Shown piece after piece: positions 12,373 through 21,989 of a DNA stretch of 64,000 nt. The notes beneath the pieces were generated by a model. The model saw only the letters and a program-made list of their open reading frames with translations. It searched no databases and was not told where the DNA came from. The first letter of the stretch is position 1, and the number at the start of each line of letters is the position of its first letter. The translations under genes and the position numbers were made by a program. The stretch comes from Myxococcales bacterium (lineage in GTDB: Bacteria > Desulfobacterota > Binatia > HRBIN30), in NCBI GenBank assembly GCA_037445065.1, contig JBBILD010000011.1, positions 42,633-106,632 of the forward strand, in the 5' to 3' direction.

Positions 12373-12894
12373 ATGGGCAAGCAAACCGGGTCTGGGATGG
12401 TAGGCGTGTGCGCGAGGGTGCGGGAGCTGTGCACGGCCGCGGCGTTTCTGTCTTTCGTGGTGTCGGTCAGCTGGGCTGCCCCGCCACGGGCGGCGCGCAC
12501 CGAGAACCCACGCACTCCGGATCGGTGGGCAGAAGTGCAGGAATTGTTGCGGCAGCAAGAGCAGCGCTCCGGTGAACTCGCCGCCACTGCGGCCCGCCTC
12601 GACGAAGAGATCGGGCAGATGCAAAAGCGCTTGCACGAACTGGTGGTCGAAGTGCGGCCGCAGCGAGAGCAGGTGCATGCACTGCAGGAGACCTTACGGG
12701 ATATGCGCGAGGAAGTGCGCGGGCTCTATGTGGAGAGCAGCGGTCTCAAAGGGGACATTGCGCAGGTGGCGGATAAGCTCGACGGCCTCGCCGAGGACCT
12801 TGCCAGCTTCCGCTTGAGTGCAGGAATCATTGCCGCGCTCATTGTCTTGCTGCAGATCATTGGCATCGGCCTCGCAGTTCGGATGCGTAGTTAA
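12373..12894 (+). CDS. Hypothetical exported coiled-coil protein with C-terminal membrane anchor
   Basis: Signal-like N-terminus (AAAFLSFVVSVSWA), heptad-rich middle, hydrophobic C-terminus followed by RMRS; start uncertain. Confidence 0.65.
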   Translation: MGKQTGSGMVGVCARVRELCTAAAFLSFVVSVSWAAPPRAARTENPRTPDRWAEVQELLRQQEQRSGELAATAARLDEEIGQMQKRLHELVVEVRPQREQVHALQETLRDMREEVRGLYVESSGLKGDIAQVADKLDGLAEDLASFRLSAGIIAALIVLLQIIGIGLAVRMRS

Positions 12895-13039
12895 CCGGCG
12901 AAGGACACGCCACCCGGCAGACCAGCAGTTCGCCCTGTTCGGGTGGTAGACTCGCGCGCTGCGATGTTCTCGTGAGGCGCGAGTCTCGTTTTCGAGAAAA
13001 GGCGGGTGCTGAGAACTCCGTAGGAGCCGGTTGCGGCAA

Positions 13040-13055
13040 CGGCATTGCGCTTGCT
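13040..13055 (+). promoter_or_regulatory. Candidate sigma-54 -24/-12 promoter
   Basis: CGGCATTGCGCTTGCT = GG-N10-GC with TTGC at -12, about 30 nt upstream of the YCF48-like gene. Confidence 0.45.
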
Positions 13056-13087
13056 GGCTTGTTCGCTTCGTGGAAAGCCGATCAACG

Positions 13088-14149
13088 ATGCGAACTGCGC
13101 ATGTGCGTTGTCTGCTGGGCGTGTGGCTGTGCTTGGCAGCCTGCTCGCGGGGTGAGCCGCCGCTGCCTCCCCTCCCGCAGCCGCTGATCCGCTTGTCCGA
13201 CAAGTTTTTCGACGTCGCTGCGCTAGGACCCGAGCGCGCGATCGTGGTCGGGTACGCAGGAAAGATCCTGCTTACGGAGGACGGAGGGTTTCGCTGGGAG
13301 CAAATCCCGAGCGGTACAGAGCTGGCGCTGTATCGGATTCGCTTCGTCAACCCACAGGTCGGCTGGATCAGTGGGCAAGAAGGGCTCATCCTGCACACCA
13401 CGGATGGGGGGCGGACTTGGGTCCGCCAAGGTACCCCGACGCGGGTCAACCTGTTCAGCGTCTCGTTTGCCGATGAACAGTACGGCTGGGCTGTGGGAGA
13501 CCTGTCGCTCGGAATTCGCACTCGGGACGGAGGCCGCTCCTGGTCACTGCACCGGGTGGCGGCTGCCGAGGATCGGGGCAAACGCTCTGCGGAGGAAGCC
13601 ATCATCGAACAGGAGCCCATTTTGTACGACGTGTATTTTGCCGATCGCGAGCACGGTTGGGTGGTGGGAGAGTTCGGCAAGTTGCTGCGCACCATTGATG
13701 GCGGTGAGACGTGGAGCAGTCACGAGGCCACTCTGCTCGGCGAGGAGATCGTAGATGTGCTCGACATCCCAACCTTTTTTGGGATTTCCGCGCGCACGTC
13801 TCGGGAGCTCGTGGTTGCTGGACTGGAAGGGAAAGTGGCGCGCAGCGTGGATGGCGGTCAAACCTGGAGGCTCGATTCGGTCGAGTCTCCTTTCCCCGTC
13901 GTGGATCCGTTGTTCGTACCGTTTTTGTTCGACGACGGTTTCGGTTGGGTGGCGGGTGCTTCGGGTCAGATCTTGCGCCGGGCGGGAGCCGATTCGCCTT
14001 GGCAGCGTGCGGACTTGGGAATGGAGGTGTCCACCTGGATTCGCGGCATGGACTGGTGGGATGCCCGAACGGGCTGGTTGGTCGGCGGCTACGGTTTGAT
14101 CCTGCACACCACGGATGGCGGGCGGACGTGGAGTCCAGCCCTCGGTTGA
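13088..14149 (+). CDS. YCF48-like/BNR-repeat beta-propeller lipoprotein
   Basis: Lipobox LAAC; repeated TxDGGxTW Asp-box motifs with GWxVG segments. Confidence 0.85.
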   Translation: MRTAHVRCLLGVWLCLAACSRGEPPLPPLPQPLIRLSDKFFDVAALGPERAIVVGYAGKILLTEDGGFRWEQIPSGTELALYRIRFVNPQVGWISGQEGLILHTTDGGRTWVRQGTPTRVNLFSVSFADEQYGWAVGDLSLGIRTRDGGRSWSLHRVAAAEDRGKRSAEEAIIEQEPILYDVYFADREHGWVVGEFGKLLRTIDGGETWSSHEATLLGEEIVDVLDIPTFFGISARTSRELVVAGLEGKVARSVDGGQTWRLDSVESPFPVVDPLFVPFLFDDGFGWVAGASGQILRRAGADSPWQRADLGMEVSTWIRGMDWWDARTGWLVGGYGLILHTTDGGRTWSPALG

Positions 14150-14158
14150 GAAGCAGGG

Positions 14159-16846
14159 ATGAGGGAACACGCAGGCTTCGAAATTCCGGAAGAAAAACGG
14201 CTTCTTTATTGGCTCGGCGAACGGCTGATTGATTACCGCTTGCCCGCGGTCGTGCTGGTGTCGTTGGTCACCGGCTTTTTTGCGTACCACGCGGCGCAGC
14301 TCGAACTGGTGACCAGCTTCGGAGAGCTGCTTCCGCAAAGCCACCCGTACATCAAGATCCACAACCGATTTGCGCACACATTTGGCGGCGCCAACAACAT
14401 TATGGTGATGGTCGAGGTGCGTGACGGCACCATCTTCAACCCGCAGACGCTGAACAAGATCTGGAACATGACCCAGGCCATGGACACGGTCTACGGGGTC
14501 AACCACAACCAGATCGAGTCCATCGCCCACCGCACAGTGCGTTACCTCAAAGTTGCGGCTGGGGGAACGATGCGCGCAACACCGGTGATGCTGGGCGAGG
14601 TGCGCTCGCAAGAGGAAGCCGAACAAATCCGCCGCATCGTGCATAGCGCCGAAAACATTTACGGCATCTTGGTTTCGCTCGATGACAAGGCCGCACTGAT
14701 TCGCGCCAACTTTATCGAGGGGCGGCTCGATTACCGGCGCATCTTCGAAGAAATCAATGAGAAAGTGGTCGCGCCCTTTGGCGACTCCAATACCTCGATT
14801 TTCGTAGCCGGCGAGCCGCGTTTGTACGGCTGGGTATACCGTTACGCGGACGATGTGTTCTGGATCTTGGTGCTTGCCTATTGCCTGGAGTGGCTGTTTC
14901 GGTGGGGGTACTTCCACGACTGGCGGGGAGCGCTGCGCCCGACGATCACGGGCGTAATCGCTGCCATTTGGGGACTCGGCTTTATTCGCTTGATCGGTTT
15001 TGCCCTCGATCCCCTCATGCTGGTGATGCCGTTCCTGATCACAGCACGGGCGGTGAGCCACTCGGTGCAAATGCACGATCGGTATTACGAGGAACTCGAG
15101 AAAAGTGGCTGGAACAAGCGGCATGCGATCGTTGCCGCGTTCGCGGAGTTGTTCGTGCCGACCCTATCCGGGATCACGACCGACGCCCTGGGTGTACTGG
15201 TGATTCTCCTCGTGCCCGTGATCATGCTGCAGAAGCTCGCCATCACGGCATCGTTCTGGATTTTTGCCATTACGGTCTCGGAGCTTTTGCTCAATCCGAT
15301 CGTGTATTACTACCTGCGGCCTCCGGAACCGGCCTTGGTCGTCTCGCGCGACCTCGGTCTGTTCCGTCGAGGAGTGATTTGGGCGGCAGACCGCATCGTC
15401 ACACGCCGCGGGGTGTTACTGACCTTGACCGTGTGGTCTCTGGCCTCCGGTGTCGCGGTATACTTCGTGCGCGGACTGACCATTGGCGACCCCACCTCCG
15501 CGTCGCCGCTGCTGTGGCAAGACTCTGCCTACAACGTCTCCCACCAGCGCATTCAGGACAAATTCGGTGGAGTGGAGCCACTGATCGTGGTTGCTGAGGG
15601 GTTGGACCGGGACGCCATGAAGGATCCCGCGACCCTGCGCAAAATGGAGCGCTTCCAGCGTGAAATCGAGCGAGACCCGAGCGTCGGATACAGTTTTTCG
15701 CTGGCCGACATTATTCGCGCCGTGAATGCCGTGTTTCACGAACTCGAACCCAAGTGGGGAGTGATTCCCAACAACTGGGTGGATGTGGGCGGCTTGTTCT
15801 TCATTTACTTCTCTGGCTCCCCACCTTCGGAAACCGCCAAATACGTGGACCCGAGCTACACGACCGCCCATGTGACTTTCTTCTGCAAGGACCACAAGGG
15901 AGACAACATCCGTCGGATCATCCGCCGCTGTAAGGACTTCATCTTCGAAGAACAGTTGCGGGACCTCGGCATCCGCGTGCGCGAGGAAAGCAACCGGGTG
16001 TACGTGGCCGAGGTGTTGCCTCAGCCGCGGTGGGAACAGGCCGGGCCGTCGTGGACCGTCTCTGAACACGGTGGCCCTGGCCAAGGGCCTCTGCAACCTG
16101 GTGACCGCATCGTGCGGGTCGGTAGAACTCCGGTGACCGATTTGGCCAGCTTCAGGACCGCTTTTGCGAAAGAGACGGCCGACGCCGCGCTCCTGGACTT
16201 CGGAATCGAACGCGCAAGCCAGGTCATCGAGGTAACGGTTGTGCCACCATGGAAAGCAGTGTTCAAACTTGCTGGGGGTCTGATCGGGACTCTTGCCGCG
16301 GCCAACGAAGAACTCCTACGCAACGACGTGCTCATGAACGTGCTGGGGTTTCTCACCATGTGGGTCATCATGCTGTTCACGTATCGGTCCTTCGCGGCAG
16401 GGCTGTACATGTTGGCACCCTTGATGATGGCCAATCTGATCGTGAACGCATACATGGCCGGGCGCGACATCGGGATCAACATCCACACTCTCCCTCTAGT
16501 TACGGTTGGTTTGGGCTTTGGCATTGATTACGCCCTGTACATTGTGAGCCGCACTTTGGAGGAGATCCGCCGCTGCGGGGAGCTGCGCTTGGCAGTCCGC
16601 GAGGCGCTGATGACCTCGGGCAAGGCGGTCACGTTCACGGCCTTCTCCATGGTGTTGACCACGGCACTCTGGAGCCTGTCTCACATCCGGTTCAATGCGG
16701 AAATGGGTTTGTTGCTGGCGATGTGGATGGGCATCAGTTTTTTCGGGAGCGTGACATTGCTGCCGGCCTTGTTGTTGGTCTTCCGGCCCCGGTTTCTCAC
16801 CCGCGAACTCGATCGCGCTGGCATCACAGTGGGCGAGAGGAGCTAG
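14159..16846 (+). CDS. MMPL/RND-superfamily exporter with PDZ-like insertion
   Basis: Duplicated TM/periplasmic architecture, FGGAN and FGGVE loop motifs, GLGFGIDYALY, SGKAVTFT; adjacent to the YCF48-like gene as is typical for this subfamily. Confidence 0.88.
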   Translation: MREHAGFEIPEEKRLLYWLGERLIDYRLPAVVLVSLVTGFFAYHAAQLELVTSFGELLPQSHPYIKIHNRFAHTFGGANNIMVMVEVRDGTIFNPQTLNKIWNMTQAMDTVYGVNHNQIESIAHRTVRYLKVAAGGTMRATPVMLGEVRSQEEAEQIRRIVHSAENIYGILVSLDDKAALIRANFIEGRLDYRRIFEEINEKVVAPFGDSNTSIFVAGEPRLYGWVYRYADDVFWILVLAYCLEWLFRWGYFHDWRGALRPTITGVIAAIWGLGFIRLIGFALDPLMLVMPFLITARAVSHSVQMHDRYYEELEKSGWNKRHAIVAAFAELFVPTLSGITTDALGVLVILLVPVIMLQKLAITASFWIFAITVSELLLNPIVYYYLRPPEPALVVSRDLGLFRRGVIWAADRIVTRRGVLLTLTVWSLASGVAVYFVRGLTIGDPTSASPLLWQDSAYNVSHQRIQDKFGGVEPLIVVAEGLDRDAMKDPATLRKMERFQREIERDPSVGYSFSLADIIRAVNAVFHELEPKWGVIPNNWVDVGGLFFIYFSGSPPSETAKYVDPSYTTAHVTFFCKDHKGDNIRRIIRRCKDFIFEEQLRDLGIRVREESNRVYVAEVLPQPRWEQAGPSWTVSEHGGPGQGPLQPGDRIVRVGRTPVTDLASFRTAFAKETADAALLDFGIERASQVIEVTVVPPWKAVFKLAGGLIGTLAAANEELLRNDVLMNVLGFLTMWVIMLFTYRSFAAGLYMLAPLMMANLIVNAYMAGRDIGINIHTLPLVTVGLGFGIDYALYIVSRTLEEIRRCGELRLAVREALMTSGKAVTFTAFSMVLTTALWSLSHIRFNAEMGLLLAMWMGISFFGSVTLLPALLLVFRPRFLTRELDRAGITVGERS

Positions 16847-16850
16847 CCCA

Positions 16851-17039
16851 ATGCGCCTTACCCTCATGAGTTCAATCGCGATTGTGGTGCTGTTCAGCCT
16901 GCTGTTGATTGCTTTTGACGAGTGGGTAGCACGCCCGTGGCGGCGTCGCCGGTGGGAACGCCGGGCCAAGGAAGGGGACGAGCGGGCGCAGCGCCTCCTC
17001 CGCATAGCGAAAGAAGTGCGAATTAAGGGCGAGAAGTGA
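16851..17039 (+). CDS. Small single-pass membrane protein
   Basis: 62 aa with a hydrophobic N-terminus and basic tail; 4 bp after the MMPL stop. Confidence 0.55.
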   Translation: MRLTLMSSIAIVVLFSLLLIAFDEWVARPWRRRRWERRAKEGDERAQRLLRIAKEVRIKGEK

Positions 17040-17212
17040 GAAGGCAGGGCCGATGGGTTGCGTGCGGGAGCGACGTTTCCTTCGCCTGATTCATCCGGGA
17101 ACGCCGCGGGTGGCCGCGGCCAATGTTGCCGCTCTTGCGCTGGCGTTGTCTGGCGTAGCTGGGCGCGAGAGGGTGAGTGCGGCAGCGAGAAGGCCAGCGA
17201 TGTGCACGATCC

Positions 17213-17992
17213 ATGGCGCGAGCGGCTGAGCGGATCGTCAAGACACTCCTGATTGCTGATAAGGAGCTCCGCGTCGCGGCTGCGTCTCCACTGCCCTACG
17301 TGCTGGTGGCCATGTTCTCCGCAATCTGCGGTTTTTTCTTCGTGACCAGGTTAGTGCTGTACAGCGAATACTCCGTGGGCGCGGCGGTCATCGCGAATTT
17401 TTGGTTTGCATTTTTAGCTGGGGCGCCGTACTCGGTGTCGAGCGTTCTTGTCCTCGTCATTCCTCTGCTCACCATGCGAGCCTTCGCCGAGGAACGGCGA
17501 TCCGGAACGCTCGAGTTGTTGCTCACCTTCCCGGTGCGGGACAGCGACGTTCTGCTCGGGAAGTTTACCGCCACGATGGCCATCGCCTCGGTCTTGCTGG
17601 CAATCGTGGCGGGTTACGCGGTGGTGCTCTCTTGGTATGTTCCGGTGCCGTGGGCAGCGGTGGCAGTCGGGCTCCTCGGCTTGTGGCTGCTACTCGCGAG
17701 CTTTACGGCCTGCGGACTCTTTTTCTCGTCCCTTACCGAGAGTCAGGTCGTAGCGGCGCTCGGGAGTGGAGGCGTGTTGGTGCTCTGCTGGCTTGTCACG
17801 TGGAACGAGGCGGCTTTCCGCACTGGGTGGCTTGCGGTGCTGCGCCAGTTCTCGGCATTCGACCACTTCGAGCGACTGGCTCGGGGGCTGCTTGCGCTCG
17901 AGGACGTCACGTATTTTGTCACTGCCACTGCGCTGTTCCACTTCTTGACCCTGCGGGTGTTGGCGGCTCGAACCTGGCAGAGGCGCGGCTGA
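17213..17992 (+). CDS. ABC-2 type permease (GldF-like)
   Basis: IPLLTMRAFAEERRSGTLELLLTFP, LLGKF and SSLTESQVVA motifs. Confidence 0.88.
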   Translation: MARAAERIVKTLLIADKELRVAAASPLPYVLVAMFSAICGFFFVTRLVLYSEYSVGAAVIANFWFAFLAGAPYSVSSVLVLVIPLLTMRAFAEERRSGTLELLLTFPVRDSDVLLGKFTATMAIASVLLAIVAGYAVVLSWYVPVPWAAVAVGLLGLWLLLASFTACGLFFSSLTESQVVAALGSGGVLVLCWLVTWNEAAFRTGWLAVLRQFSAFDHFERLARGLLALEDVTYFVTATALFHFLTLRVLAARTWQRRG

Positions 17993-17994
17993 GA

Positions 17995-19314
17995 ATGGGC
18001 TTTTTCCGGGAAACTGGTCTGCCGTCGCTGTTGGCTACTGCGGGTTTCATGGCGACGATGGTCATGGTTCAGTTGTGGGCGGCGCGGCTCGGTTGGCAGT
18101 GGGATGCCAGTGTGGGGCGCCGCTTCACTCTGGCGCCGTACACAAAGCGGGTCCTCGCGGAAGCGGGCAAGCAGGTCAGGCTGTACGCGTTTGCCCCTTC
18201 GGGGCTCGAACGCAGCCGCGCCTTGCTGGAGTTGGTGGATCGCTTTGCGCAGGCGGCGCCCGGACTTTCTGTGCAGGTGTTCGATACCAATCGCAGTCCC
18301 GAGGTGGCACGCCGGCTTGGCGTTGACACCAACCTCGCGGTCGTTGTCGAGAGTGGCCAGCGCCGGCGCCTGGTGACGCATCCCAACGAGATCGCGATTT
18401 CCGCTGCCATCGCTACGGTGTATCGCACCAAGAGCCCGCGGCTGATTTGGTTTGGGCAGGACCGTGGTCGGGACTACGGTCGCATTTGGGCCGCCTTGCA
18501 AGCGGAGGGTTTCGAACCGACCAAAGAACCGCCAGCGGCGGGGCACCCCGAGCGCTTAGAGATCGCGGTTTTCGCGGGCGCGGAAGGGTTGCGTTCGGAC
18601 GTGTTGCGGCGGTGGTGCACCGATTCGGCCGCCGGTTCTCGTTGTTTGGTGCTTGCCGAATCGGATACGTGCCGCCGCTCCCCAGACGTCTGCCAATGGT
18701 TGCGGGAGACGTGGGGAGTGGCTCCGAGCGGTGAGACGATCGTGGACCACGGCTCGCGTTTGGTTGGTGGGGATCCGTTCACGATTGCCGTGCCCGGGCT
18801 GGCGGAGGATCATCCGATCTCTGCCACGATGGGAAAACCGCCGCTGTTTTCTGGGGCTACGCCAGTGGAACGTGTGGCTGCGATGCGAGGGGTGGAGGTG
18901 TGGACACTCCTGTACTCGGCGCCGTCTGCGCAAGCCGTCCGCGAGACGGCTCGCCCTGGTGGCGACGAGGGGCACGTGCTTCGGCGCGGGTCCCTACCGG
19001 TGGCCCTCGCCGCAGTGCGCCGTGGTGAAAATGGGTCGGAGGCACGGCTGGTGGTTGCCGGCGACCGGGATTTTGCCACCGATCGGTTGCTGGAATTTCT
19101 GGGCAACAAGGACTTCTTTTTGAACACTCTCAACTGGTTGTCCGACGAGGTCCAGATGTTGGGGGAGAGAGCGGAGGAGCGGCCGTTTGGAATTCAGCAC
19201 GTCTTCTTCTCCGCTGCTGACATCCGCAATCTCTTCTGGACCTTGTCGGTCCTTCCCGCGGTCGGTTTCTCGCTCGTTGGCTTTGCGGTGTGGTGGCGGC
19301 GGCGCAATTTGTAG
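17995..19314 (+). CDS. GldG-like ABC-type auxiliary periplasmic component
   Basis: WDASxxRRFTL, HPI, RLVVAGDRDF, GNKDFFLNTLNWL and C-terminal TM ending WWRRR. Confidence 0.82.
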   Translation: MGFFRETGLPSLLATAGFMATMVMVQLWAARLGWQWDASVGRRFTLAPYTKRVLAEAGKQVRLYAFAPSGLERSRALLELVDRFAQAAPGLSVQVFDTNRSPEVARRLGVDTNLAVVVESGQRRRLVTHPNEIAISAAIATVYRTKSPRLIWFGQDRGRDYGRIWAALQAEGFEPTKEPPAAGHPERLEIAVFAGAEGLRSDVLRRWCTDSAAGSRCLVLAESDTCRRSPDVCQWLRETWGVAPSGETIVDHGSRLVGGDPFTIAVPGLAEDHPISATMGKPPLFSGATPVERVAAMRGVEVWTLLYSAPSAQAVRETARPGGDEGHVLRRGSLPVALAAVRRGENGSEARLVVAGDRDFATDRLLEFLGNKDFFLNTLNWLSDEVQMLGERAEERPFGIQHVFFSAADIRNLFWTLSVLPAVGFSLVGFAVWWRRRNL

Positions 19315-19445
19315 GAGCCGTCTGCCCTGGTGGCCCGCTGCAGTCGTGGCTGCTTTAGGGGTAACAAACCCAACCGGAGGCCTGCTTTCTCGCGAGCAGC
19401 CCTTTTCGGGGACGAGTCGGTTTGCAATGCTGGCCGGGCAAAATC

Positions 19446-20828
19446 ATGGCTTCTACGGAAAAACGCAAAAAAGGGGCAAGCGAAATCACCAAGGGTCGTG
19501 CCCGCCGGGTTTGGAAGGTCGGCGAATTGGCCACTTCTGTCGGCAGCAGTTATTTGTGGCACGCGATTCGGGCGCCGTTTCGCTCGGCTAGTGAGCGCGA
19601 GCAAGATCTGCTCGAGACCCATATCAAAAACGCCATGCGCATTGTCGAGGGCTCGAAAGAGCTGCGCGGGGCGTTCACCAAGCTGGTGCAAATGTTGTCC
19701 ATGCGGGACGACATCTTGCCCGCGGAGATGCTGTCGGTGCTGTCCACCGTCCAATCACAAGTGCCACCGATGGAATACGCGCTCATTCGTAAGCAAATCG
19801 AGCGCGAACTCGGTAAGCCCCCGGAAGAGTTGTTTGCACACTTCGAACCGGAAGCGTTCGCGGCCGCCTCGCTCGGGCAAGTCCATCGTGCCCGCCTTCG
19901 CAGTGGAGAAGAGGTGGTGGTCAAGGTCCAATACCCGGGGGTAGAAGACACGGTCAAGCAAGACCTGCAAAACATCAAGGCGCTGCTCCAAGTGATCACG
20001 CTGATTGGCCGCGATGTCATGCGCCAGCGGGTGGACGCTTCCGACGTCTACCGCGAACTCGAAGAACGACTGTACGAGGAACTCGACTACCAGAACGAGG
20101 CGCGCAACATCGAGCGGTTTCGGAAAATGTTCCGGGATGACGACGAGGTCGTGATCCCGCGTGTGTACCCGCAGTACACCTCGCGCCGAGTGCTCACCAT
20201 GGAGTACGTCGAAGGCTACCCGTTGGCTACGGTGCTCGGTCCGGGCGTGGACCAAGAAATCAAGGATTGGGTGGCGCGCAAGTTCTTCCGGATCGTTTGG
20301 CGGCAAATCTTCGAGTATGGCACGTTGCACACAGATCCAAACCCGGGGAATTACTTGGTCACGTACCACCCGAAACTAGTCATCCTCGATTTCGGTTCGA
20401 TTCGCATTTTCCCAGAGCCGATTCGTAAGGCCTATTTAGAACTCGCCGCGGCGTTGCTGCGCAACGATGAACAGAAGATGGCGCAGTGCTTCCTCGTGCT
20501 GGACTTCCTGGATCCAGACCAAGACCCGGCGCCGATGATCCGCATCATGCGGATCATTTTCGAGCCAGTGCTTGTCGACCGGCCGTTCAACCCGCGCGAC
20601 TACAACGTGGTCGAGCGCGGCATCGAAGTGGCGCGAATCGCCATCGAGCATCGGATCTTCAAGGACCCGGGACACCGCGTGTTTCTGGTGCGGGCGCTGG
20701 TCGGGCTGGATACGTACCTCAAACAAGCAGGGACCGTGGCCAATTGGCACCGGGAGTTTCGCGCCTGTGTGGAAGCTGCCCTGGAGCGCGAAACCCAAGT
20801 TCGGGGACGAGGGGCGAGCCGCCTATAA
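19446..20828 (+). CDS. AarF/ABC1/UbiB-family atypical kinase
   Basis: KLVQML, AAASLGQVHRA, VKVQYPG, EELDY, HTDPNPGN and LDFG motifs. Confidence 0.92.
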   Translation: MASTEKRKKGASEITKGRARRVWKVGELATSVGSSYLWHAIRAPFRSASEREQDLLETHIKNAMRIVEGSKELRGAFTKLVQMLSMRDDILPAEMLSVLSTVQSQVPPMEYALIRKQIERELGKPPEELFAHFEPEAFAAASLGQVHRARLRSGEEVVVKVQYPGVEDTVKQDLQNIKALLQVITLIGRDVMRQRVDASDVYRELEERLYEELDYQNEARNIERFRKMFRDDDEVVIPRVYPQYTSRRVLTMEYVEGYPLATVLGPGVDQEIKDWVARKFFRIVWRQIFEYGTLHTDPNPGNYLVTYHPKLVILDFGSIRIFPEPIRKAYLELAAALLRNDEQKMAQCFLVLDFLDPDQDPAPMIRIMRIIFEPVLVDRPFNPRDYNVVERGIEVARIAIEHRIFKDPGHRVFLVRALVGLDTYLKQAGTVANWHREFRACVEAALERETQVRGRGASRL

Positions 20829-20843
20829 GCCACAGGTGCGGCG

Positions 20844-21389
20844 ATGAATTGGCGGCACGCCGCACTGTACTGGCTTGCCTTCGCGGTGTTGGCAGTTGCC
20901 TATTGGCTGAGCGGGCCGACTGAGCGCTTTCCGGAGGGTCCGCGTTCACGGCCAGAAACCGAGGGAACTGCTTGGACCGATCGTGTTCAGTCGGTCGTCG
21001 TGGAATCTACGCGGGGGCAAGTACGCGCGAATCGACAGGCTCAGGAATGGCGCACCGAGGGCGGGCGTGTGGTCACCGCTTTAGTGCTTGCCTTGCTCGA
21101 AGCGGTGGCCGAGCAAGAGCAACGGGAAGCGATCTCGGCGGATCCGAGCGATTCGGAGCTTCGTGCCTTCGGCTTGAGCGAACCCGCGGTGCGCCTGATC
21201 TTCGAGTTCGGTTCCGGCGAGCCCCCGCTGCGCATTCAGTTGGGGGCGCGAAACCCAGCGGGCACCGCTGTTTACGCGCGAACGGACAGGAGTGCGGCCG
21301 TCTTCTTGTGGGGCATGCAGCCGGCGTACTACGCCGAGCTGCTTCAGGAACAAGACACTCGGGGAACGCCTTCAGCCAGCGGGCCCTGA
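20844..21389 (+). CDS. DUF4340-like membrane-anchored periplasmic protein
   Basis: N-terminal TM, FGLSEP and LGARNPAGTAVYAR motifs; usual partner of GldF/GldG-like genes. Confidence 0.7.
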   Translation: MNWRHAALYWLAFAVLAVAYWLSGPTERFPEGPRSRPETEGTAWTDRVQSVVVESTRGQVRANRQAQEWRTEGGRVVTALVLALLEAVAEQEQREAISADPSDSELRAFGLSEPAVRLIFEFGSGEPPLRIQLGARNPAGTAVYARTDRSAAVFLWGMQPAYYAELLQEQDTRGTPSASGP

Positions 21390-21425
21390 AACAGGGACGG
21401 CCAAAAGAGGCGCCAGATACCGATC

Positions 21426-21926
21426 CTACGCTGCTTCCGAAGCCTTTTGGCGAGCGGCCGACTTCTTCCGGCGTCGGGGCACGAAGGGAAGAATCTTATG
21501 CCGGCGTGCGGCGCGCAGTCGAACCCGACCGATCTTTGCCCGCTGCTCTGGAGGCTGGGCGAGGAGTTCGTCCTTCCACTTCTTCAGGTTCCTGCGGAAA
21601 TACTCGGCATCGATGTCGAGCACGCTGCAAATGGACTCGAACGAGAACACCCAGCTGTTGTCCTCGTCCATGAACCACTCCTCCGCCTCTTGGAAGAGCC
21701 GGCGCGAGCGGGGGCGCGTAGCACCAGCGTACTTTTGGAAACAAGCCACTGCGTCTTCGAGAATTGCCAGCATCAACCTGCGCTCGCCTTCCAGGACCCG
21801 TAGGTGACGATTCCGGGTGTAAAACTGCGAGGGCAGCAACACTTCCGGTTCCACAAGTCGGGACGAACCTCCCCGCGAACTGGTTCCGTCGTACTCTCTG
21901 GACTGCCGCAAGGGCGTGGACTCCAT
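21426..21926 (-). CDS. Hypothetical helical protein with basic C-terminal tail
   Basis: Strong GGAGG ribosome-binding site; globular-looking core (ERRLMLAILEDAV..AEEWF..FSFESICSVL). Confidence 0.75.
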   Translation of the reverse strand: MESTPLRQSREYDGTSSRGGSSRLVEPEVLLPSQFYTRNRHLRVLEGERRLMLAILEDAVACFQKYAGATRPRSRRLFQEAEEWFMDEDNSWVFSFESICSVLDIDAEYFRRNLKKWKDELLAQPPEQRAKIGRVRLRAARRHKILPFVPRRRKKSAARQKASEAA

Positions 21927-21973
21927 TCGGCTCTTCCTCCTTCCGTACGGACCAAAATTGTTAGGCGTTTTCC

Positions 21974-21989
21974 TGCACGGCGAATGCCA
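21974..21989 (-). promoter_or_regulatory. Candidate sigma-54 -24/-12 promoter
   Basis: Minus strand TGGCATTCGCCGTGCA (GG-N10-GC), 47 nt upstream of ATG 21926. Confidence 0.5.

Noticed and set aside
17053..17229. Small 58-aa ORF between the 62-aa gene and the ABC permease
   Set aside because: No recognisable motif and it overlaps the permease start; cannot be supported
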